DNA of 64,000 nucleotides from assembly GCA_947501615.1 (NCBI GenBank), contig CANMWK010000014.1, positions 52,120 through 116,119 on the forward strand, given 5' to 3'. The translations under genes and the position numbers were made by a program. Origin of the DNA: an uncultured Tenacibaculum sp. (GTDB lineage: Bacteria; Bacteroidota; Bacteroidia; Flavobacteriales; Flavobacteriaceae). A model generated the notes under the pieces. That model was not told where the DNA came from and searched no databases. It saw only the letters and a program-made list of their open reading frames with translations. The number at the start of each line of letters is the position of its first letter. Position 1 is the first letter of the stretch. Shown here in pieces: positions 56,771-64,000 of this stretch.

Positions 56771-59700
56771 TTAAAATGAAACATTTAGACCTAATGAAAT
56801 TGTTTTTGCTGTTGCAAAATCATTTCCTTGAGGTGTACCTGCAAAATTAAACTGAGGATTAAAACCTCTTCTTTTGCTATTCAAGTATAAATTCTCTCCT
56901 GTTAGAGATAATCTAAGTGCGTCAATACTGTATTTCTTTAATAATTCTCTATCGAATGTATAACTAATATTTACGTTTCTTAATGCCCAAAAAGAAGCAT
57001 CGGTTAAAAATCTATCTGTATTAGGTGGTACTAAATTTGGATTTCCATTTTCTAACCTTGGTACATTAGTAATGTCTCCAGGCTGTTTCCACGCATTAAG
57101 TATATCTGGATGAAATGCGTCACCATAAGCCCCACTATGCATTAAAGTTGCATATCCTCCATCCAAAGCAGTACCTCCAACACCATAATTGATTAAGAAA
57201 CCTAATGATATACCTTTATACGAAAAAGTATTAGCAACAGACCCTACTAAATCAGGAACAGAAGTATCTCCCGTATACACTCTTTCTGTATCTGTCCAAT
57301 CGTTAGTTGTTTCAATATTTCCATTTGCATCCAATACAGGTACACTTTCTCCGTTAGCATCTAATTCGTATTTATAGAATAATTGATCTCCATTTGCGGG
57401 GTCTACTCCTGCAGTTTTAAACAAATAAAAATCAAATCTTGACCTTCCTTCTGCCCAACGTTTTGTCACATTTATAAATGGATCCGGTATAGATGTGATC
57501 TCATTTCTATTGGTAGAAGCCTGTAAAGTAATGTCCCAATTGAAATTTCTATTCTTAAAAATATGACCTGTTAATGACATCTCTAAACCTGAATTAACCA
57601 TATCAGCTATATTCTCTGGACGAACATTAATACCAATACTAGGAGCAATTGGAAGTTCAAATAATAAATCTGTTGAATTACGTTTGTAGTATTCAAAAGA
57701 ACCTTCAATTGTATTATTGAATAATGCAAACTCTAAAGCAACATCAAAATTTTCTATAGTTTCCCATTTCAAATCTCTATTCCCTAAGTTAGACAAAACA
57801 AATCCTCCGTCACCTGCATTAGGAATGATTCCAAATCGAGCTTGATATATAAACCAATCATTTATTCTTGGATCTCCTCCATCGCCTAAAGCATCATTTC
57901 CAACTTCCCCCCACGAAGACCTTAGTTTTAGTACATCTAAAAACGATAAATTTTTCATAAAGTTTTCTTTATGAATATTCCATGAAGCACCTACAGAATA
58001 AAAGTTACCCCATCTTGATTCTGAAGAAAATACCGAAGAAGCATCTCTTCTATATGAACCGCTCAAAAAATATTTGTTATCAAAATTATAATTCAATCTT
58101 GAAAAATAACCTTCAATCGTTTTCTGTGCAGTAAAACCTCCAAGTGATACTATATTAGAAAAATTAGCAAACTCAAAAATACCTGCTGTAGTTTGTACTG
58201 TAGCAGTACCACTATTCTCAGAATAATTATCTTTAAAACTTTCATGTCCTAAAGTAACTTCAAAATTATGGTCTGCAAAACTTTTCTTATATGTTAAAAT
58301 CTGATTAAAAGTTTGAGTATTCCTTCTTAATCTTTCTTCACTATAACGACCATCAGGTTGTGCATCTCCAATAATATTATTTTCGTATTGCTTTTGTAAA
58401 TCTTCAGTAACATCGCTACCATAAGTTAACCTTAAATTAAGACCATCAATCACCTCATAATCTGTAAATACTCTAAAACCATAAGTATTATCCTTATTCC
58501 TCTCATCATTTAATAATAACTCTTGTAATGCATGACGTCCTTGGTTACGAGGTCTAGATCCAATATTATACTGTGGAAAACCTTCTCCAGAATCAAATAC
58601 AGGATTACCTTCATTATCTAAAACTAAATTCCCTTTTCTATCATTTACAAATACAGGGTAAATCGAACCGATTCTATTAGCAAAAGCAAAAGGATTCACA
58701 ATACTGTTTGCTCCAGCTGAACTAGGCCCAACAGCTTCAGTTATTGCAAGGTTAGCCGACCCTCCTATTTTAATTCTTTTACTAACATCAAAACTACCAT
58801 TTAAACGAGCAGTTAATCTATCAAACTTTGTTTTCAACACATAACCTTCCTCATCTAAATATGAAGCTGAAAAAAATACTTGATGGTTTTCACCTCCACC
58901 AGATACATTCATACTATAGTTTTGTCTAAACCCAACTCTTTCCATAAAATCAACCCAATCTAATGAGTTATAGATTACTCGTGCATTAGGATTAATTTTA
59001 CCATCAGTTCCTACAATCTGATCATTTGGTACGTTAAAAGGATTATAACCTAATTGATTGTATATGTTTGCACTTGCAAATGCTGGGTCTCCTCCACCTG
59101 CTGAAGAATTTTTTAATGCTTCCCACATTGTTTCATAGTATTGTTCTGGCGATACTTGATCATATAATGGATTGGCTCTAGACACAACACCACTTTGTAC
59201 AGATGCACTAACTTTAATCTCTCCCTTGGTACCACTCTTAGTAGTAATAATTACTACCCCATTTGCAGCTCTTGCTCCATATAACGACGTTGAAGCTGCA
59301 TCCTTTAAAACTGTAAAAGATTTTATATCATCCTGATTTATAGCAGCTATAGAACCTTCATATTGAACTCCATCAACAATAAATAAAGGAGTAGTACTAC
59401 CATTTAAAGTTCCAACACCTCTAATTACAAGATTTGGTGTAGAACCAGGTTGACCATTAGTAGATGTAAACTGTACACCAGTTACCCTACCTTCAACTGC
59501 CGCTAATGGAGAAGTAACATTTCTTAATTCAAGATCTTCTGCACCTACAATGTTAACAGAACCTGTAAGAGCTTCTTTTGTCGTAGTACCATAAGCTACC
59601 ACCACCACTTCATCAAGAACACTATCACTTTCCATAGTTAAATCAATAGTATTAGAAATTCCTACTATTTTTTCAACTGTTTTCATACCTACAAAACTAA

Positions 59701-59917
59701 ACACCAGTACATCACCTTGTTTAACTTTGATAGTATACTTTCCTTCGGCATCAGTTTCTGTACCTCTAGAAGTATTTTTTACAATTACATTGACCCCCGG
59801 TAAAGGACCAATATCATCTGATACAACTCCCTTTACTGTCACTTCTTGCGCATTCATTTCGAATATTGCGCTCAAAAACAACAACAAATACATTGCAATT
59901 TTAAAACGAAATTTCAT
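56771..59917 (-). CDS. susC: SusC/RagA family TonB-linked outer membrane protein
   Basis: Signal peptide. CarboxypepD_reg-like domain (VKGVVSDDIGPLPGVNVIVKNTSRGTETDAEGKYTI). Plug domain (LNGSTTPLFIVDGV), a large beta-barrel and a terminal aromatic residue (NVSF). Confidence 0.9.
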   Translation of the reverse strand: MKFRFKIAMYLLLFLSAIFEMNAQEVTVKGVVSDDIGPLPGVNVIVKNTSRGTETDAEGKYTIKVKQGDVLVFSFVGMKTVEKIVGISNTIDLTMESDSVLDEVVVVAYGTTTKEALTGSVNIVGAEDLELRNVTSPLAAVEGRVTGVQFTSTNGQPGSTPNLVIRGVGTLNGSTTPLFIVDGVQYEGSIAAINQDDIKSFTVLKDAASTSLYGARAANGVVIITTKSGTKGEIKVSASVQSGVVSRANPLYDQVSPEQYYETMWEALKNSSAGGGDPAFASANIYNQLGYNPFNVPNDQIVGTDGKINPNARVIYNSLDWVDFMERVGFRQNYSMNVSGGGENHQVFFSASYLDEEGYVLKTKFDRLTARLNGSFDVSKRIKIGGSANLAITEAVGPSSAGANSIVNPFAFANRIGSIYPVFVNDRKGNLVLDNEGNPVFDSGEGFPQYNIGSRPRNQGRHALQELLLNDERNKDNTYGFRVFTDYEVIDGLNLRLTYGSDVTEDLQKQYENNIIGDAQPDGRYSEERLRRNTQTFNQILTYKKSFADHNFEVTLGHESFKDNYSENSGTATVQTTAGIFEFANFSNIVSLGGFTAQKTIEGYFSRLNYNFDNKYFLSGSYRRDASSVFSSESRWGNFYSVGASWNIHKENFMKNLSFLDVLKLRSSWGEVGNDALGDGGDPRINDWFIYQARFGIIPNAGDGGFVLSNLGNRDLKWETIENFDVALEFALFNNTIEGSFEYYKRNSTDLLFELPIAPSIGINVRPENIADMVNSGLEMSLTGHIFKNRNFNWDITLQASTNRNEITSIPDPFINVTKRWAEGRSRFDFYLFKTAGVDPANGDQLFYKYELDANGESVPVLDANGNIETTNDWTDTERVYTGDTSVPDLVGSVANTFSYKGISLGFLINYGVGGTALDGGYATLMHSGAYGDAFHPDILNAWKQPGDITNVPRLENGNPNLVPPNTDRFLTDASFWALRNVNISYTFDRELLKKYSIDALRLSLTGENLYLNSKRRGFNPQFNFAGTPQGNDFATAKTISLGLNVSF

Positions 59918-59981
59918 AAAATTATTTAATTTAATTGATTAAGTATGTAAATTTATCTCCTATGCTACTTCGTCTAAGGGG

Positions 59982-60011
59982 TTTTGATGTAAACAGTCTT
60001 ATTTTTGATGT
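59982..60011. promoter_or_regulatory. direct repeats with 21-bp phasing, candidate LytTR binding site
   Basis: TTTTGATGT(A/G)A occurs at 59982 and 60003, i.e. 9-bp repeats separated by 12 bp. It lies in the divergent region between susC (start 59917) and the LytTR regulator (start 60170). Confidence 0.45.
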
Positions 60012-60169
60012 GAGTGATCTTTTTTTAACATATTAAAAAACATTTTCGAATTACGAACAGAATGTTAAAATCTAGTTATTTTGTTGTTAAAGAATATACC
60101 ATTTTATTAAAAAAAGCTAATAATTTAATACTTTCGTTAAGTAATCAACTCAATAAATATAAAATCAAC

Positions 60170-60943
60170 ATGAACATTACGTATATTATAGTTGATAATC
60201 AAAAAATTGCCAGAACTAGAGTAGAAAAATTGCTTGATAATTTCAATTCTTTTCAAAATTTAGGTAGTTTGTCAAATGGTAAAGAAGCCATAGAACATAT
60301 CAATTATTTAAAACCCGATGTGGTATTCCTAGAAATAGCACTAGAAGACATTACAGGTTTTGAACTTATCGATAGTATTTCTAAGGATATCAACCCTCTA
60401 TACATTTTCATTACTAAAAATGATGAATTTGCGCATAAAGCTTTTGATTACCTTGCTTTTGATTATCTTTTAAAACCATTTAGTACGAATAGGTTTTATC
60501 AATGTGTAAATAATATTATTACGCACAAGAAAAAAGATGATTTGTTAAACATACAATCAAACATTGCCGATATACTATCTATAATTCAGCAAAAAGAAAC
60601 TACAGATCGTAAAAAAATTAGTATTAAAACTGGTAACAAAATACAATTTATTGAAATAGATACTATTAAACATATTTCGGCTTCAGGGTATTATGTTGAA
60701 ATCTTTACTACTGATAATAAAATGCACTTGTTACGAGAATCTTTATCAAGTTTAATGCGTCGACTTAATTCTCCTAAGTTTATGAGAATACATAGATCTA
60801 CGATAATTAACTCAGAATTCATAGAAGAGATCATCGTATCAAATTATAGTGAAACTGATGTTAAAATTGAAGATGTAAAAGCGACATTTAGAGTAAGTAA
60901 GGGGTACAAAAAAGAATTCCAGGAATTAATGGGAATCAAATAA
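60170..60943 (+). CDS. LytR/AlgR (LytTR) family response regulator with atypical receiver domain
   Basis: The start is moved to the ATG at 60170 (MNITYIIVDNQ...). The C-terminal LytTR domain is clear (ISIKTGNKIQFIEIDTIKHISASGYYVEIFT...FMRIHRSTIIN). In the receiver domain, Glu replaces the expected phospho-acceptor Asp (VVFLEIAL) and DN replaces the DD/DE pair. Confidence 0.85.
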   Translation: MNITYIIVDNQKIARTRVEKLLDNFNSFQNLGSLSNGKEAIEHINYLKPDVVFLEIALEDITGFELIDSISKDINPLYIFITKNDEFAHKAFDYLAFDYLLKPFSTNRFYQCVNNIITHKKKDDLLNIQSNIADILSIIQQKETTDRKKISIKTGNKIQFIEIDTIKHISASGYYVEIFTTDNKMHLLRESLSSLMRRLNSPKFMRIHRSTIINSEFIEEIIVSNYSETDVKIEDVKATFRVSKGYKKEFQELMGIK

Positions 60944-60972
60944 CCCAATAGTATCATACTAATTTCGAAAGG

Positions 60973-61773
60973 ATGAACATAAACGTTAAAGATCAGCTTA
61001 ATCGATTAATCACTTTAGATAAAGTACCTAAGCGAATCATTTCTTTAGTCCCTAGTCAAACAGAACTCTTATGCGATTTAGGTTTAGAAGATAACATTGT
61101 TGGTATCACTAAGTTTTGTGTTCATCCATTCTATTTAAAACAAACAAAAACAATAGTAGGTGGTACTAAAAATGTCAAAATAGAAAAAATAAAGGCATTA
61201 CATCCTGATATTATATTATGTAACAAAGAAGAGAACACTAAAGAAATAGTGAACGCTTGTACTGAAATCTGCCCTGTTCATGTTTCCGATATTTTCACAT
61301 TAAATGATGCTATTGAATTAATAGAACAATATGGCAAACTGTTCTCTTGTAGATTAGAGTCTCAAAAAATTATTCAAAAACTACAATTTAAAATTTCTGA
61401 TTTTAAAGCATACACTAAAGATATAGAACCCAAAAAAGTAGCTTATTTTATTTGGAGAAATCCATGGATGACTGCAGCTAATAATACCTTTATCAACCAT
61501 CTCATAGAGTTAAATAAATTTGAGAACATCTATAAAAACAAAGAGCGATATCCTGAGATAGAGTTAAAAAAAATACGTCTTGAAGGTGATCCTGACTTGG
61601 TTTTACTATCTTCAGAGCCTTACCCATTCAAAGAAGAACATGCTTTCGAAGTTGGAAGACATACTCACCATGCTAAAACTGTTTTTGTTGATGGGGAAAT
61701 GTTTTCTTGGTATGGAAGTAGACTCTTAAAATCATTCGATTATTTTAAAAAACTACATCAAAGAATTATCTAA
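60973..61773 (+). CDS. periplasmic-binding-protein fold (BtuF/helical-backbone metal receptor-like) protein
   Basis: KRIISLVPSQTELLCDLGLEDNIVGITKFC...PDIILCNKEEN is typical of cluster A/class III substrate-binding proteins. There is no obvious signal peptide and no adjacent permease or ATPase. Confidence 0.7.
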   Translation: MNINVKDQLNRLITLDKVPKRIISLVPSQTELLCDLGLEDNIVGITKFCVHPFYLKQTKTIVGGTKNVKIEKIKALHPDIILCNKEENTKEIVNACTEICPVHVSDIFTLNDAIELIEQYGKLFSCRLESQKIIQKLQFKISDFKAYTKDIEPKKVAYFIWRNPWMTAANNTFINHLIELNKFENIYKNKERYPEIELKKIRLEGDPDLVLLSSEPYPFKEEHAFEVGRHTHHAKTVFVDGEMFSWYGSRLLKSFDYFKKLHQRII

Positions 61774-61938
61774 ATATTTTATTTTGCTGATTTTCTCTAG
61801 AAGTTTCATTGCCTTATAAGAAGCAAGATCACTTTTAACCTCATCAACATATTTATAATCATTAGAACGTTCAACTAGTTTTTCATATCGATCTTCAAGA
61901 TGTCTTCTATACTTAATAAGTTGTTGTAATCGAGACAT
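61753..61938 (-). CDS. small helical hypothetical protein
   Basis: 61 aa, charged and helical. Its 3' end overlaps the convergent upstream gene by 21 nt. The call is weak. Confidence 0.4.
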   Translation of the reverse strand: MSRLQQLIKYRRHLEDRYEKLVERSNDYKYVDEVKSDLASYKAMKLLEKISKIKYLDNSLM

Positions 61939-62021
61939 AATTATTGAATTTCAGTTAAATATAACAAATAAAAAACTGAAATTCAATAATTTAAAAACAA
62001 AACACATATTAATCAAACAAT

Positions 62022-63272
62022 CTATTTATTTGTTTTTTTAATAAAATTATGTGTGATAGATTCATCTATTGGTAATATTAACTGATAATCATATCCTTCA
62101 ATTACTTTCTTTAATGCATGGAAGTCTCCATTTGTTGGTAATTTTATTTTGCCTAATTTTAAATCTTCTCTAATTTCTTTTAGATTAATAATACACCACT
62201 CATTCTTTTTAGCAAATTGAGTAAATAGAGATAGTCTTCCGTAATATTTCTTATATTTTTTTAAATTATTATCTATAGAATCTCCATTTTTAACATACGC
62301 TCTCCATGAATTAATGCTACTACTTATAGTTTTGTTTTTAATTGCCAATTCTTCTGTAAAATTACCTATATCATAAGCTCCATTAGATATAATTTTTGAT
62401 GCATGAAAACTACCTGTTTTTATAAAAATTTTAGAGGTTCTATTTTTTTCTAAAATAGTTGATAGGTTATTTCTCATATAACTAATTCTATCTACATGAG
62501 AATCATTTCTCCACCTAATATAAATATCCCAACTTAATTTTAAATCGTTAATTATTTTTATTGCTTTTTTATCAGTTTTATCAAATTGATTAAAAAAGGT
62601 AAGCACATCATTATCTTTTATTACTTCTCCTAAAGCATTTTTAATTTTGTTTTCTTTCCTTGCTTTAAAGTAATTATATATTTTCGTTTCTGCTTTTTCT
62701 TTTAATGTTATAATTTCAGGATAGTTCGTTTTATTTTTTGCTTCAGCAAGTAATTCATCTAAAAAAAACAATACTGAATAATAATATTCTTGATCTATTC
62801 CATGAATTTTCATTTTATGTTTTTTTATTGCTGAAAGAAATTCAGCATCTTCAATTCCAGCAAAAAAAGGTATAGGATCAGCATTCTCTCCTAGTTCTAC
62901 TTTTTTATATTTTGTATTGAACTCTCTAAGTTTATCAACAGTTTCAGCTTCATTTTTTGATAGTTCGTCTAATTTAATTGCTGAATTTGGACCTATTTCA
63001 GCAACAAATTCGGTGTAAGAAGATTTTGCTAGTAAAGGAATTAAAGCTTTGGTTAATATTGAAGTTTGTTTAGAATTATGATTTTCTCCAAAAACAATAA
63101 ACTGAGATTCTTTAATCATTTTTGCAATCATTTTTTTTCCTTCTCCTTCAATTTTATTGTTTCTAACTTTAAAGTTGAGAAGTTTACTTTTTACATAATC
63201 TTTATCAATTTCTTTTTCTTGTCCACAAAGTGTAAAAACAATAAAATAAAAAATTAGTGTATATTTTTTCAT
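62022..63272 (-). CDS. hypothetical secreted protein (possible ChaN/Tiki-like fold)
   Basis: Signal peptide. FIVFGENHNSKQ resembles the GxxH motif of ChaN/erythromycin-esterase/Tiki superfamily proteins. Support is weak. Confidence 0.5.
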   Translation of the reverse strand: MKKYTLIFYFIVFTLCGQEKEIDKDYVKSKLLNFKVRNNKIEGEGKKMIAKMIKESQFIVFGENHNSKQTSILTKALIPLLAKSSYTEFVAEIGPNSAIKLDELSKNEAETVDKLREFNTKYKKVELGENADPIPFFAGIEDAEFLSAIKKHKMKIHGIDQEYYYSVLFFLDELLAEAKNKTNYPEIITLKEKAETKIYNYFKARKENKIKNALGEVIKDNDVLTFFNQFDKTDKKAIKIINDLKLSWDIYIRWRNDSHVDRISYMRNNLSTILEKNRTSKIFIKTGSFHASKIISNGAYDIGNFTEELAIKNKTISSSINSWRAYVKNGDSIDNNLKKYKKYYGRLSLFTQFAKKNEWCIINLKEIREDLKLGKIKLPTNGDFHALKKVIEGYDYQLILPIDESITHNFIKKTNK

Positions 63273-63452
63273 CTTGTATTATTTAAATTTGACAACAAGA
63301 TTACTTGTAAACCACCTTATTTTTTAAAAAATTACACCAACTACATTTTTCACTACATAAAGACCTATTTTATATGTTTATGAGTTTTCGTTGTATGAAA
63401 CTATGAGTTTATATAAAGAATCTGTTTTATATTAGTCGTGTATTTTTTTACA

Positions 63453-63498
63453 TAAAAAAAGAACTTTTATAGGCAAAACGCCTTTAAAAGTTCTTTTC
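63453..63498 (-). terminator. terminator after the DUF4197 gene
   Basis: A long hairpin pairs AAAAGAACTTTTATAGGC with GCCTTTAAAAGTTCTTTT. A T-run follows on the minus strand. Confidence 0.6.
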
Positions 63499-63521
63499 AT
63501 TTATTATATAAAATAACTTTC

Positions 63522-64000
63522 TTACTTCCTATCTTGTAAAGCAAATACTTTCTTTAACAAATCGGTATTTCGTAAACCGATTTTATTTCTAATTCCTTTT
63601 TCTTCTACTCCGATCATAGTGAATACACCTTTCAATGCTTGATTGGTTACATAATCTGTTAAATCAGGGTTTACTTTGTTTACGAAAGGAATTGAATTAT
63701 ACCTAGAAATTAAGTTCGTCCATATTTTATCTGCACCAACTTTACCAAAAGACCTCTTTATAACTGGATTAAACTTAGTATATAATACACTATTTGTTTT
63801 TCCTTGTAAATAGCTTGTCGCCGCATTATCATTTCCTAATAAAATATTTTTAGCATCATTGAATGTAATATCTTTCACTGCGGAAACAAAAATAGGTGTA
63901 GCTGTTTTCACTGCATCTTCTGCTGCTCTATTCAATGCTTTTATACCTTCGTCTGCTAATTTACTTAATCCAATTTTTCGTAAACCATCGTCTACAGCTT
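63522..64000 (-). CDS. DUF4197 domain-containing protein (5' end beyond window)
   Basis: The reading frame stays open to base 64000. NILLGNDNAATSYLQ...LTDYVTNQALKGVFTMIGVEEKGIR is DUF4197-like. Confidence 0.7.
   Translation of the reverse strand, partial: AVDDGLRKIGLSKLADEGIKALNRAAEDAVKTATPIFVSAVKDITFNDAKNILLGNDNAATSYLQGKTNSVLYTKFNPVIKRSFGKVGADKIWTNLISRYNSIPFVNKVNPDLTDYVTNQALKGVFTMIGVEEKGIRNKIGLRNTDLLKKVFALQDRK

Noticed and set aside
60062-60169. N-terminal extension of the LytTR regulator given by the track (start 60062).
   Set aside because: The extension (MLKSSYFVVKEYTILLKKANNLILSLSNQLNKYKIN) precedes the canonical receiver beta1 strand, which begins at MNITYIIVD. The internal ATG at 60170 gives a standard-length receiver.
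243-63257. Short ORFs in the track that lie antisense to or nested inside much longer, well-supported genes: 243..590, 2347..2598, 2942..3148, 3181..3483, 3707..3898, 7614..7832, 9445..9642, 13043..13252, 22197..22424, 27451..27648, 27621..27806, 31011..31196, 33497..33736, 35631..35837, 36683..36871, 38443..38625, 39145..39501, 39517..39711, 51907..52101, 55562..55807, 56374..56571, 57189..57377, 59727..59942, 63066..63257.
   Set aside because: Each is fully or largely contained within a longer ORF that has recognisable family motifs. Their translations are low-complexity (Ile/Leu/Phe/Lys/Ser-rich), as expected from the reverse frames of AT-rich genes. None shows a recognisable motif.
1-64000. 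Search for mobile-element or defence hallmarks: transposase, integrase, tRNA-flanked islands, restriction-modification, toxin-antitoxin, cas, reverse transcriptase.
   Set aside because: None of the translated ORFs shows the corresponding catalytic motifs, and there is no tRNA gene. Apart from the repeat array and the 166-bp inverted-repeat element, the window reads as ordinary chromosomal DNA.

Overview
AT-rich chromosomal segment that looks like a Flavobacteriia-class Bacteroidota genome. Supporting signs are a SusC/SusD pair, a T9SS C-terminal sorting domain, a tmRNA with tag GENNYALAA, and many Bacteroidota-typical DUF families. I call about 60 credible protein genes plus one tmRNA. I saw no rRNA, tRNA, CRISPR, transposase, integrase or phage genes. 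Gene order: alpha-2-macroglobulin fragment; AraC regulator with duplicated SnoaL-like genes; a T9SS-secreted purple-acid-phosphatase-like multidomain protein; TetR-SDR-DoxX unit; a tightly packed polyamine operon (speA, speB, deoxyhypusine-synthase-like gene) extended by two small acidic proteins, a VOC protein, an ATP-grasp-like protein and an AstE/AspA-family deacylase; ssrA; a run of uncharacterised membrane proteins ending in creD, a winged-helix regulator and a membrane protein; two transglutaminase-like paralogs flanking a LolA-like and BNR/VPS10 pair; a sigma-54 two-component system divergent from a MacAB-like efflux system; kdsA; a secreted-protease cluster (M28, S8, M57); the tpiA-prmA-clpS operon; pyrF; an isolated SusC/SusD pair next to an atypical LytTR regulator. 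The most unusual feature is a 2.1-kb gap with no ORF of 60 aa or more (47841-49937). It holds seven tandem copies of a 215-231 bp non-coding unit, each carrying a terminator-type hairpin and a near-invariant 45-nt block. I could not assign it to any known element class and rank it as the top candidate for something undescribed, for example a tandem small-RNA gene array. Secondary leads: possible polyamine-modifying accessory genes in the speA operon; a structured leader upstream of speA; shared palindromic operators in the creD cluster and the TetR unit; a LytTR regulator with Glu in place of the phospho-acceptor Asp, with 21-bp-phased direct repeats upstream of susC; and a nested inverted-repeat element at 40842-41007. 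All functional calls come from reading the translated ORFs and the DNA by eye. No database search was run.
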